A DNA stretch of 64,000 nt, from the NCBI GenBank assembly GCA_002269645.1, contig NIVC01000177.1:318134-382133 (forward strand), in the 5' to 3' direction. The notes beneath the pieces were generated by a model. It worked only from the letters and a program-made list of their open reading frames with translations. It did not search any database and had not been told where the DNA came from. Shown in pieces: positions 1-11,152 of the stretch (position 1 is the stretch's first letter; every line of letters begins with the position of its first letter). The stretch is from Macrostomum lignano. Lineage: Eukaryota. A program made the position numbers and the translations under genes.

Positions 1-520
1 TGTGATTATCCCACCTGCGATTTGTGATTATCCCACCTGGGATTTGTGATTATCCCATCTGGATTTGTGATAATCCCACCTGGGATTTGTGATTATCCCA
101 CCTGGGATTTGTGATAATCCCACCTGGATTTGTGATAATACCACCTGGGATTTGTGATAATACCACCTTGGATTTGTGATAATCCTATCTGGTTTTTGTG
201 ATAATCCCACCTGGAATTTGTGATTATCCCACCTGGAATTTGTGATAATCTCACCTGGGATTCGTGATAGTGCCATCTGGGATTTGTGATAATCCCACCT
301 GAGTTTCGTGATAATCCCATCTGAGATTCGAAATATAATACCTGTGAGTCGAATTGCCTTACCTGAGATTCGAATTATCCTTCCTGAGATTCGAATTGTC
401 CTACCTGAGATTCGAATTATCCTGCCTGAGATTCGAATTATCTTATCTAAGATTCGAATCATCCTACCTGAGACTCAAATTATCCTACCTGAGATTAGAA
501 TTATCTAACCTGAGATTCGA
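1..520 (+). repeat. Intronic minisatellite: 22-bp unit (TGTGATTATCCCACCTGGGATT) grading into a related 21-bp unit (CCTGAGATTCGAATTATCCTA)
   Basis: Visible periodicity; the switch occurs near 310. Confidence 0.93.
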
Positions 521-547
521 AATATCCCACTCCGTAATCCCAACCAG

Positions 548-1098
548 ACCAGCTGCATCAGCGAGTCTGCATTCCCGGAACTGCACAGCCGCATCAATCT
601 GTTCAATCCGCCCCGTCTAATGGACATCTGCGCTCTGTACTGGCGCACCAACCAGACTCTCGTGTCGAAAATGATTGCCAACCTGTTAAAGAGGCTGCCA
701 AATCTTGCTAGAGATTTAACTGCCTGTCTGTCCGGCCTCGGCAGCAAAGTACTCCAGGATTCCATATCCGACTTGCCAGCATCCGCCATCGCTGATGAGG
801 CCTCATCCAAGCCATTCGATTTCGAATCAGTCGTGAGGCTGTCCGATCGAATTCTATTCTCTCGAGACGCTTTGGAAACTTTAGACTCGCTGTTTGGCAC
901 GATAGGATCCTCTTCATCAGCATCCTCAGCTTCCTCAACTGATGTATTGTCGGGAGCTGAACTTGAGTCCGTGCTGCCTCGCCTATACGAAGCGTTGGTT
1001 CCGGCTGCTCAAGAGAAACTTCGACTCACCGCGGCTGCCAGGGCTGCCCCGTTGGAACAGCAGCGAGTGATGGACACGGCTAGGCGTGCCGCTCACAG
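548..1098 (+). CDS. ASCC2: ASCC2 (activating signal cointegrator 1 complex subunit 2), internal exon; first exon visible, 5' part of gene upstream of window
   Basis: Acceptor caaccag|ACC; donor CAG|gttcgg (phase 2). ISESAFPELHSRINLFNPPRLMDICALY...LVSKMIANL resembles ASCC2 ISPSAFGEILYNNFLFDIPKILDLCVLF...LLQKMIGNI (recalled). Confidence 0.82.
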
Positions 1099-1178
1099 GT
1101 TCGGCTTGGGTTTCGCTTTTATTTTTATTTGACTTCCGGTTTCACTTCCGGTCGTTTTGAATTCCTGTCTACCCTCGT

Positions 1179-2027
1179 CTATGTGCCTCAGCTGCCCCAT
1201 TTCCGGTCTTTTATGTGCCTCAGCTGTCCCATTTCCGGTCTTTTATGTGCCTCAGCTGTCCCATTTCCGGTCTTTTATGTGCCTCAGCTGTCCCATTTCC
1301 GGTCTTTTATGTGCCTCAGCTGCCCCATTTCCGGTCTTTTATGTGCCTCAGCTGCCCCATTTCCGGTCTTTTATGTGCCTCAGCTGTCCCATTTCCGGTC
1401 TTTTATGTGCCTCATTGTCCCATTTCCAGTCTATGTGCCTCATTGTCCCATTTCCGGTCTTTTATGTGCCTCAGCTGCCCCATTTCCGGTCTTTTATGTG
1501 CCTCAGCTGTCCCATTTCCGGTCTTTTATGTGCCTCAGCTGTCCCATTTCCGGTCTTTTATGTGCCTCAGCTGTCCCATTTCCGGTCTTTTATGTGCCTC
1601 AGCTGCCCCATTTCCGGTCTTTTATGTGCCTCAGCTGCCCCATTTCCGGTCTTTTATGTGCCTCAGCTGTCCCATTTCCGGTCTTTTATGTGCCTCATTG
1701 TCCCATTTCCAGTCTATGTGCCTCATTGTCCCATTTCCGGTCTTTTATGTGCCTCAGCTGCCCCATTTCCGGTCTTTTATGTGCCTCAGCTGCCCCATTT
1801 CCGGTCTTTTATGTGCCTCAATTGTCCCATTTCCGGTCTTTTATGTGCCTCAGATGTCCCATTTCCGGTCTTTTATGTGCCTCAGCTGTCCCATTTCCGG
1901 TCTTTTATGTGCCTCAGCTGTCCCATTTCCGGTCTTTTATGTGCCTCAGCTGTCCCATTTCCGGTCTTTTATGTGCCTCAATTGTCCCATTTCCGGTCTT
2001 TTATGTGCCTCAGCTGTCCCATTTCAG
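1179..2027 (+). repeat. 32-bp minisatellite filling an ASCC2 intron
   Basis: About 26 copies of ATTTCCGGTCTTTTATGTGCCTCAGCTGTCCC. Confidence 0.97.
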
Positions 2028-2207
2028 ACTGCACAGCCTGTGTCTGTCACTCTACCACCGCCTCTGGTTGGCCTGTCCCCAGGCGCAGACTGAACGAGCT
2101 CACAATTTACTCATGTCGCTTTCGCAGCTGATTCATTGTCGCAGATTTCTGGCTGCTCTGGAATCCAATTATGGTATTGTTGAAGAGTTGCGAAGGCTGA
2201 GGGATGT
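2028..2207 (+). CDS. ASCC2: ASCC2 exon
   Basis: atttcag|A CTG CAC ... GAT GT|gtaagt. Phase 2 to phase 2, encoding RLHSLCLSLYHRLWLACPQ...RFLAALESNYGIVEELRRLRDV. Confidence 0.8.
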
Positions 2208-2269
2208 GTAAGTCTATTTTTTATTGGTTTTGTGTCTAAAAAATTTTTCATTCGTCAATAAACCAAACT

Positions 2270-3392
2270 AAGAATCGCCCTAAACCACACTGAGAATCAC
2301 CACTACCCTATAAATCACCCCTAAATCACCCTGAGTATCACCCCTACCGTAAGAATCGCCCTACCCTATAAATCGCCCTAAATCACCCTGAGAATCACCC
2401 CTACCGTAAGAATCACCCCTACCCTATAAATTGCCCCTAAATCACCATGAGAATCACCCCTACCGTAAGAATCGCCTCTACCCTATAAATCGCCCCTAAA
2501 TCACCCTGAGAATCACAACTACCGTAAGAATCGCCCTACCCTATAAATCGCCCTACCCTATAAATCGCCCCTACCCTATAAATCGCCCCTAAATCACCCT
2601 GAGAATCACCCCTACCGTAAGAATCGCCCCTACCCTATAAATCGCCGCTAAATCACCATGAGAATCACCCCTACCCTATAAATCACCCCTACCCTATAAA
2701 TCGCCCCTAAGTCACCATGAGAATCGCCCCTACCCTATAAATCGCCCCAAAATCACCCTGAGAATCACCCCTACCGTAAGAATCACCCCTACCCTATAAA
2801 TCGCCCCTAAATCACCCTGAGAATCACCCCTACCGTAAGAATCACCCCTACCCTATAAATCGCCCCAAAATCACCCTGAGAATCACCCCTACCGTAAGAA
2901 TCACCCTATAAATCGCCCCAAAATACCCTAGAATCACAAAGAATCGCCCCTATAAATCGCCCCTACCCTATGAGAATCACCCCTACCGTAAGAATCGCCT
3001 CTACCCTATAAATCGCCCCTAAATCACCCTGAGAATCACCCCTACCCTATAAATCGCCCCTACCCTATAAATCGCCCCTTAATCACCCTGAGAATCACCC
3101 CTACCCTATAAATCGCCCCTACCCTATAAATCGCCCCTAAATCACCCTGAGAATCACCCCTACCGTAAGAATCGCCCCTACCCTATAAATCGCCGCTAAA
3201 TCACCATGAGAATCACCCCTACCCTATAAATCGCCCCTACCCTATAAATCGCCCCTTAATCACCCTGAGAATCACCCCTACCCTATAAATCGCCCCTACC
3301 CTATAAATCGCCCCTAAATCACCCTGAGAATCACCCCTACCGTAAGAATCACCCCTACCCTATAAATCGCCCCTTAACCACCCTGAGAATCG
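2270..3392 (+). repeat. Composite minisatellite in an ASCC2 intron
   Basis: Shuffled subunits CCCTACCCTATAAATCGC / CCCTAAATCACCCTGAGAATCA / CCCTACCGTAAGAATCGC. Confidence 0.95.
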
Positions 3393-3427
3393 CAAGAAAA
3401 CTTTTTACCTGTTTTAACGCACCGCAG

Positions 3428-3704
3428 CGACCCGGAGCTAGCAGACTACACTGTCGAAGCGGTAACCGCAGCCCTGTCAGAACTGGGCGAGTCCGCCAAG
3501 TCCGTCAAGCAGCGGACAAACGGAGCAGGCGCAGCTGGCACTGATGCGGCAATAAATTACGATTCCGATTATGACGACGCTGATGACAGCTCAGACGATG
3601 ATAATGCTAATGAGGATGCTGGAACAGCTTACCTGACAGGACAGACTTCTGGTATTGTTAATTCAGCGTTCACCGCCGATGCTGGGGATACAGACGCGCT
3701 GAAG
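3428..3704 (+). CDS. ASCC2: ASCC2 exon (acidic linker)
   Basis: accgcag|C GAC CCG GAG ... CTG AAG|gtgaga. Open frame DPELADYTVEAVTAAL..., with phases matching both neighbours. Confidence 0.8.
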
Positions 3705-3952
3705 GTGAGAGCAGCTCTCGCGCCGCTTGTGTGCATGTGCTCAGAAGTCCGGGGAATGGGCGGAATAGCCTCAGCGCTAGTGCTGTGAGACAATATCACC
3801 GAAGGCTTTGTTTTTTTAATTTTTAAAACAGCTCTTATCAGCATTTGATGACATTTTTGAGACTCAAAATTCAGGCTCTAAAGGCCCAGATTAGGGAGGG
3901 ACCTGTATCGTATATGCGTAGTCGATTTCCAATGCCCTCTACTTATTGCCAG

Positions 3953-4042
3953 GTTGGCAGTCGGCCCGACGAGGTGCAAATGGAATCGCTTGTTAGCCAC
4001 GTGCAAGACATTTTACCCGGCATCGGGTCCGGTTTTATCAAG
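3953..4042 (+). CDS. ASCC2: ASCC2 exon (N-terminal half of CUE ubiquitin-binding domain)
   Basis: ttgccag|GTT ... ATC AAG|gtgaaa; encodes MESLVSHVQDILPGIGSGFIK, the start of the CUE domain. Confidence 0.87.
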
Positions 4043-4318
4043 GTGAAACTCTTGTTTGTTTGTCAACGCGGTTTTTTTAGGCACAGTGATGAACTAAGGC
4101 CCGGGACAAAACTCCTAACTGTAGTCTACCCTATCCTTTACACTGCTGGGTCTAAGGAATAGCAAAGATATGGAACTTAATTATATTGGCATCCAAAATG
4201 AAAGTTGATGTGATGAAACAAAAACCCCAGAATGTGTACAGCAGGCCCCCAGAAGGAGGCAGACTGCCAGTCCTATCTCACTATTTTTCCTGTCCAAATA
4301 ATAAAACTACACTGCCAG

Positions 4319-5047
4319 GAATGCCTCAGATACTACTCATTCGATCCCGAGCGGTTAATCAACGCCCTATTGGAGGATTCGCTGCCGCCAGTGTTGAATA
4401 GTCTGGATCGGAGCCTGCTGACTGCGCCGTACGAGGCGGCCGAAGCTTCTGCGGCATCGGCATCGGCGGCGGCGGCGGCGGCGGCAACCACTATGAACGA
4501 TTTCAACTTCTCCCAGCCGAACCGCCTCGATCGGGAGGCTCTCCGCGGCCGGATTCATCGGGGCAAACGCGAGAAATCCGCTGCAATTGACGAGTTGGAA
4601 TTTCGTCAGGACGCCAAGATGCGCGAATGGCTGGACGACTGGGAACGACGCCTGCGCGACACTGAAGAGGCCGAAGCAGAGGCTGAGGCCATTGCCCAGG
4701 CCGAGGCGGCCAGAGTGGCCGGTATTGAAGCGGCCATCGCCTACGAGGATGAATACGATGACACCTACGACGGGGCGGCGATGGCGCCGGATGCTGCAGG
4801 GAGTGATGACGAGGAGCGGCAACTACAAAGGCAGCCGCAGCCTCAACAGATGCAGCCTGCGCCACAGCAACAACAACAGCAGCAGCAGCAGCAACGCTTC
4901 GACGTACGCGGTTCTGGCAAGCGCGGCCGGGGCCAGTCTCACCAGGTAGTGCACAATCGACAGGTGAAAGATCGCGACAAGGGCAGACGGGCAAATCATA
5001 ACCGGCGCCAGTTGAGCGATAGGAAACACGCTGGCGGCATGTTTTGA
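4319..5047 (+). CDS. ASCC2: ASCC2 last coding exon
   Basis: actgccag|GAA. ECLRYYSFDPERLINALLEDSLPP completes the CUE domain. Conserved YEDEYDDTYDG and C-terminal RANHNRRQLSDRK...GMF*. Contains poly-Ala and poly-Gln tracts. Confidence 0.92.
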   Translation, partial: ECLRYYSFDPERLINALLEDSLPPVLNSLDRSLLTAPYEAAEASAASASAAAAAAATTMNDFNFSQPNRLDREALRGRIHRGKREKSAAIDELEFRQDAKMREWLDDWERRLRDTEEAEAEAEAIAQAEAARVAGIEAAIAYEDEYDDTYDGAAMAPDAAGSDDEERQLQRQPQPQQMQPAPQQQQQQQQQQRFDVRGSGKRGRGQSHQVVHNRQVKDRDKGRRANHNRRQLSDRKHAGGMF

Positions 5048-5271
5048 TTTGATGATCGTTTTAATATTGCAATTAACTTCTTACCTAAGGGGGTTGGATT
5101 GCTCCGGTGTGATTGCGTGGGTTTTTGCAGAAGATTAAAGATAAGATAATCTACCAATCATAATTAGTTTATTCAGTTAATAACAGATACACCTGCGGGT
5201 TCAAAAATCCGCGGGTTTTAACTGCTAGTTAATTATATTTATGCCAATATTTGTTGCATTTTCTATGCAAT

Positions 5272-5970
5272 TCAAGGACGACTTAAGTGGAGGGACGGGA
5301 AGCCTCGTTTCTTGGAAAATTTTATAAAGGCAGGTTTTTCCGTAAAGGATACACTACGGAGATAGGAGGTTTTCATTTTTTCAGCACAAAAATTGCTGTT
5401 GCTTTTGATAGGAGGCAGATCCAGTGTTCATCTTTTGATATGCTGTGTCCGTCTTATTGCTCTATCGATATTTATGAAGCTTTTCGTTTAAAGAATTAGG
5501 ATTCTATGTTAATTTTTATTCTACCTACATTTGCACGTCTCTTGTGCCTAAAAAAACATTAAAATGGCACGGCTCGGCTCTTTGGTTTTATGAGTCTATT
5601 TTATCATTCTTAGCTGACTGTGTAACAAATATTTGTAGCAGAGATGATAAAATGGATTCATAGGGCCAAAGATTGGAGCTGTGCCATGCATTTTATGATT
5701 GTTAAGTACAGGAAAAGTACGTTGAAAAAGAAATTAATAGAATCCTAATTTTCTGAACGAAAAGCTTTATGAATATCGATGGAGCAATAAGACAGACACA
5801 ACGTATCAAAAGATAAACACTGGATCTGCCTCCTATCAAAAGCAACAGCAATTTTTGGGCTGAAAAAATGAAAACTTCCTATCTCTGTAGTGTATTTTTT
5901 CGGAAAAGCCTGCCTTCAATTTTTTTCTAGGAAACGAGGTTTTCCGTCCTTCTACTTAAGTCGTCCTTGA
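5272..5970. mobile_element. Foldback/MITE-like non-autonomous element; imperfect palindrome over its whole length
   Basis: TCAAGGACGACTTAAGT... at left and ...ACTTAAGTCGTCCTTGA at right. Arms pair for ~240 bp and again internally (ATGGCAC...TTTTATCAT); central ACAAATATTTGT. Confidence 0.8.
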
Positions 5971-6436
5971 TAAAACTTTGTAGCCAATTAAAAAAATCTT
6001 AGCGCAAGATAAAATCTCGCCCGCTCTCCCTCAGTTTGTTTGGTGACAGGTAACCCATCATTATTATTTCATTTTTGACACTTTATTTCCCTAGATACGT
6101 GTACATGCTTCGAATTATATAATTGTGCAGATTTTGCGTTGCTGTGAATTTAATAAACAGTTCGTGCTTGGCCACTGTGCGTACCTAGGTGTACAGTGCG
6201 TAGCGTGTACTAGAAATAAATTATTATTCAATTATTTTTGCTTGGCTGTCTAGCCATGCAACAACCGACGCTTCTGTCATTCGTTATGGCTGATACAGTT
6301 AAAAAATATTCTGGTTTTTTAATGTTAACTTTATTTATTTCGTTTATTTTACGTTTACACTAAAAAGATACGCAAAATCTGAATGCGTTTTAAAGCATAG
6401 GATACATTGAGAGTCTGTAAAAATAAATTACAAAAA

Positions 6437-6860
6437 TGGCTTATTGGTGGTCACAGCTGCCCCCTCTGCCGCACCCTCCGCCTGATTGGCTCCTTGGTGG
6501 TCACAGCCCCCCCCCTCTACCGCACCCTCAGCCTGATTGGCTCCTTGGTCGTCACAGCTCCCCCCTCTTCCGCACCCTCGGCCTGATTGGCTCCTTGGTG
6601 GTCACAGCTCCCCCTCTACCACACCCTCAGCCTGATTGGCTCCTTGGTGGTCACAGCTCCCCCCTCTTCCGCACCCTCAGCCTGATTGGCTCCTTGGTGG
6701 TCACAGCTCCCCCCTCTTCCGCACCCTCGGCCTGATTGGCTCCTTGGTGGTCACAGCTCCCCCCTCTTCCGCACCCTCGGCCTGATTGGCTCCTTGGTGG
6801 TCACAGCTCCCCCCTCTTCCGCACCCTCAGCCTGATTGGCTCCTTGGTGATCACAGCTCC
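6437..6860 (+). repeat. ~50-bp minisatellite, distal block of the P450-derived array
   Basis: CAGCCTGATTGGCTCCTTGGTGGTCACAGCTCCCCCCTCTTCCGCACCCT units. Confidence 0.95.
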
Positions 6861-7724
6861 CTATAAGTTTCTAGTCAGCCGCGAACTAAGAGCTTACAAA
6901 TGAATAATAATTTCTTCTCTCTCAGGCTTCAGTTGGTCCTCATCTTTACTAAGTCAAACACATTGCCATTTGATTTTGAATTAATGATCAGATGGTCAGG
7001 TAGCTCAAAATATATATATGGTGGTTTCTTAGCATACGGTATAAGCATATTAAAGCAAGCATTAAGCGTATAGGATAAGTCTGAGGCACTATCGTATGAC
7101 TTATAACTAACGGTAATTTTGATACTACACTATTGATATACTATAGTTAGTTCGAAGACCCTTAAACAGTCCATGTATATATAATATACCAATAATTCAT
7201 GGTAGGGCTCAGTCTTACCATTGATCCACACAGGTCAGCAGAAGCGATTAAGTAGCACATGTTCGGGAATAAAGGTAACAAGCAGGCAAGTAAGTTAGCT
7301 AGTGAAAAAAGTAAAGAATAGATGATAAAACCCATGCGTTATTTATAATACGCTCGTAAGTTTCCCCCACGCAACCCCTTCAAAATGTTCACGCAGTTGG
7401 GTAGTGCGCCGTTCCCAGACTGGGCGATTTCCACTTGCCTTTCTCGCTCATCGTCTGAATATCTTTAATAATAGATGTAGTTGAATTCCCGGTTCCCGCC
7501 CCACATAAAAGACACAAGGACCCCTTAAAGTGGAAACAGACTTTTAGGGCGGCCTGCACTCGCTCTTTACAATGCCGTCATCAAGCACTTGTGGCTTTTG
7601 TGTCCAAAACTGCTACACTCGACTCCACCACGCTCGGAAACCACTGTAAATTTCCTAATTTCCCTAACCTAAATCCCATTTTTGATTGTCCCAAAATTAT
7701 ATTAGATTAAATTTGATCATTATA

Positions 7725-8066
7725 CTCCCCCTGTCGTATCCTTGGCCTGATTGGCTCCTTGGTGGTCACAGCTCCCCCTCTACCGCACCCTCAGCCTGAT
7801 TGGCTCCTTGTTGGTCACAGCTCCCCCTCTGCCGCACCCTCAGCCTGATTGGCTCATTGGTGGTCACAGCTCCCCCCTCTTCCGCGCCTTCAGCCTGATT
7901 GGCTCCTTGGTGGTCACAGCTCCCCCCTTTGCCGCACCCTCAGCCTGATTGGCTCCTTGGTGGTCACAGCTCCCCCCTCTACCGCACCCTCAGCCTGATT
8001 GGCTCCTTGGTGATCACAGCTCCCCCCTTTGCCGCACCCTCAGCCTGATTGGCTCCTTGGTGGTCA
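7725..8066 (+). repeat. ~50-bp minisatellite, proximal block overlapping the P450 C-terminus
   Basis: Same unit as 6437-6860; the last unit lies within the CDS. Confidence 0.95.
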
Positions 8067-8667
8067 GGACCGGCGCTAGTTTGAACTGAAGTCTCTCGAA
8101 CGGCTCAGTGCAATCAGCGGGGCTGAACTCCAGTCGCAGAAGCATCTCAGCCATGGCCTTGCGAATTTCTACTTGCGCCAATCGCATCGCGATACAGCCC
8201 CGAGGTCCCAGGCCGAATGGGATGAGGCGCGCAGCGTCCCGCTCGGCTGAGTTCGCTTCGTCGAATCTGTCCGGATTGAAAGTCTCCGGGTCGTCCCACA
8301 GCTCGGGATCGTGAGCCAGCGTGTAGATCGGGATTCGAGCCAGGACGTCCTTTTCGATCTCGTAGCCGTTCACAACGGTGGTCTCTGTGCAGATTCTGTC
8401 CGACATCATCACTGGTGGGCACATTCGCATCGACTCATCGATACAGTGGCCGAGATACTTGAGTCCCTGGACGCATTCGTAGCTCAGAGTACCACCGTGC
8501 TTGTCCCGGGCCTCAATAACTTCGAGATACGCGCGGTCCTGGCATTGTTTGTTGAAGGCTAGGAAGTACGCCAAGTACTGCAACGCGGTGGCTGTGGTCT
8601 CCAGGCCGCCGAGGAAGAATGTGAGCGACTGGGCCATGACTTCTTCCTCAGTGAGCCCTTTCAGGCC
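8014..8667 (-). CDS. Cytochrome P450, CYP3 clan (CYP3A/thromboxane synthase-like), exon 2
   Basis: ccttccag|GGC CTG acceptor, phase 0. I-helix GGLETT, ExxR (ESMR), PDRF, heme motif PFGLGPRGCIAMRLA, stop TGA. Confidence 0.93.
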   Translation of the reverse strand, partial: GLKGLTEEEVMAQSLTFFLGGLETTATALQYLAYFLAFNKQCQDRAYLEVIEARDKHGGTLSYECVQGLKYLGHCIDESMRMCPPVMMSDRICTETTVVNGYEIEKDVLARIPIYTLAHDPELWDDPETFNPDRFDEANSAERDAARLIPFGLGPRGCIAMRLAQVEIRKAMAEMLLRLEFSPADCTEPFERLQFKLAPVLTTKEPIRLRVRQRGEL

Positions 8668-8765
8668 CTGGAAGGAAATTCAAGCAGCTGGACTGGAACT
8701 GATGCTCAGTCACCAATTACTCACCGAACTCGCAACGATTTGGACCAGTCAATTAATTGGCTTAC

Positions 8766-9632
8766 CTGACTCTCCGCCTCGCGCCGTGCCTCAACCATTG
8801 AGGCCAGAAAATCGCTGTACTTGTCGGCGTTCTCCGAGGCTTCGCGCTCTCGCAACGCCTGGCTGATGACCGTCTGGAAGAAGTCCAGCGTCTCCATCTT
8901 AAACAGGGAGATCCGGAATCGACGAAACAGCGGCTTCGTGATACGGGGAAACAGAATGAGGGCCCAGAACTTCCAGCTCCGCATGCTCATGTTGAACACC
9001 TCATTAGTGTGCTTCTTAAACTCGCTATTCTCGTCTTCTTGAGCGTTTACCTGTAGTCCGAACATTGTACAGGCCACCGCATCCATCGTGAAGTTCATCA
9101 AGTACTTTTTAATGTCAACCGTTTCCTCAGGCGCCTTAAGCAGACTAGCGCATAACTGGTTTGAGCACTGCTCAATCAGCGGGTACATGGCCTTGATCTT
9201 GCCGGAGCTAAAGGTGGGCGACAGCAGGCTGCGCACCCGTTTCCACTCCTGGCCCTTCAGCATCAAGACGCCCTTGTTCAGCGGACTGAAGTCCATGCCG
9301 AACGTGCTGCGATCGATGAAGTTTTCAGCTCGCTTGACGCAGATCTGCTTGACCATTTCGGGGTCGGCGACCACCAGAACGCGCTGGCGCATAAAGTAGG
9401 TCCCGTAGACCCTTCCGTAGCGGCGCAGTTCCGTCATCATCATGTCGCGAAAGTCCTTCATCTTGGCTAGCTCAAGGGTGCCCTCAAGGTAGGGCAGCAT
9501 CGGCGGTCCTCGGATGCCTCGCCGTTTCCAGTAGCAATAGGGCCAGGCGCCGTAGGCGTAAGCGGCCGCTGCTGCGAGCGCTGAGTAGAGCAACCAGTTT
9601 GGCACTGCCAGTGACGTGCCCAAAATTTGCAT
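8766..9632 (-). CDS. Cytochrome P450, CYP3 clan, exon 1
   Basis: N-terminal anchor, then GIRGPP, YGRVYG, VVADPEMVKQI and WKRVRSLLSPTFSSGKIKAM. Donor CAG|gtaagc; 98-nt intron; 506 aa total. Confidence 0.93.
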
Positions 9633-11152
9633 GGCTGCCTACCTGGATTTCTTAGCTAGGGCAATATCTAGCTCGTACTAGCTATGAGTAGCTATGAATA
9701 TGCTGTTGCAGACTTCTCTAGGATTACAGCAGAATCCAGTTTCTCCCTTTTGGAATTGTATTTATAGGCAGAGCAATGCTTATCGTCCTTTCATTCTCTG
9801 CTACAGAAGTGTAAGTACACTGCATCGCTATGGACAATTCTTTGCTTCTGTCAGTACAATATTGTACGCTATGGGACCTGGACCTGGGTGCAGACCCAGT
9901 ATCTGGAAATGACCGCACTGAGAAAAAAATTTCTGACTCAGAGCAGCGCAATATTTCAACTAACAGAGCGGTTGATTAATTTGCACTATCCATATACTAG
10001 AGTGCAGGTACATACAGAAGCTCCACAGAGGTCAAAGATTGCCAAAGAGAGTTCCATTTTAAAATTGATTCGAGCATTATAGCTAAACTTCGCAATCTTT
10101 GCCGCCCCTCTTTGGGTAGCAACAAAGGAGGAAAAGAATAAGACTTTCTAATAAACTCTACTATATGTTGCCTTCTACTTTGTGCAGTAACTAATCTGTA
10201 AGACCTCTCTTGTTTATTCTCTCTTCTGCGGTGTCTGTGTACTCGATTGTCTGGAGAGCAGCGATTACTATATTTGGCCAATTATACGCATTTCTAACCT
10301 CTACGGTCTCAACTCTCCAGTGTCTTAAGTCCAAATATGGATACAGCTAGGAGTATCGTGAGCTGCAGCTTGTCCAAAATAGGAAATCGGGCATACAGCG
10401 ACACTGACAATCCCTTGATACGCAGCATGTCCTAATTTAGTCATATAGTTCTCCCTTATCTTGAATTGTTGCTTTTATGAAAGTTGTACAAATATAAAGG
10501 ACAATATGACACAGAATAACTCTGCTTTTTCGGCCTTAACGTTCCATATCTCCTACTTATAGTATTAAGTTTTGCTAATTCAGCATCTCTGATCTCTGGG
10601 TCAATTTCATGAGGTCGAAATTAAAATTCAAAATTCGAAGACAGTAATCGAAACTAATTCATAAGCTCAAAAATTTTAAATCTCAAAATTTCACAGGCTC
10701 GAAACTTCCAACTGCGAAACTTCATAATTAGCTCGAAATTTCTAGCCCTATTGTCACTGGCGGCCACCAGTCACCTGTGCAGGAGTACCCCCGGTAAAAC
10801 TCCCACTAACGAGACGGGACTCCGGGTCTGAAACAGACGAAGGTTCTTGACCCCAACTGTACTAGAAATGGCCGATTGAGGGACTCAATGCGAGGCATAC
10901 AAGGATAGTCTATTAAGTGCTGATTAGGGGGGCTTTTTTAGCTGGTGAGCGATTCTAGACTACGATACCCTCCGAAGCCGCAGGATTCCAAGGGTGGATA
11001 ATAGGTAACGCCATTTTAATTTCTTTCCTCCTAGATGGGTTTGTTGCAGTAGGGGATGAGGAAGTGCAGGTCCCAGAGCTCTCTTATGGTGCACATCCTT
11101 CATACTTCAAAGTAGCTAATTTCCTGATTTATACTGGTCCTAAACTTGGCCC

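Noticed and set aside
28-2211. Long ORFs such as 28..462, 1129..2211, 1157..2131 and 1215..2093
   Set aside because: They are translations of intronic tandem repeats that are open in several frames. Only 2028-2207 is a real exon.
8108-9399. Plus-strand ORFs overlapping the P450
   Set aside because: Antisense shadows of a GC-rich CDS; no motifs.
10780-11060. Possible RTE-type 5' UTR fragment (TTTCCTCCTAGATGGG)
   Set aside because: Only a short resemblance from memory; no coding remnant or boundaries.
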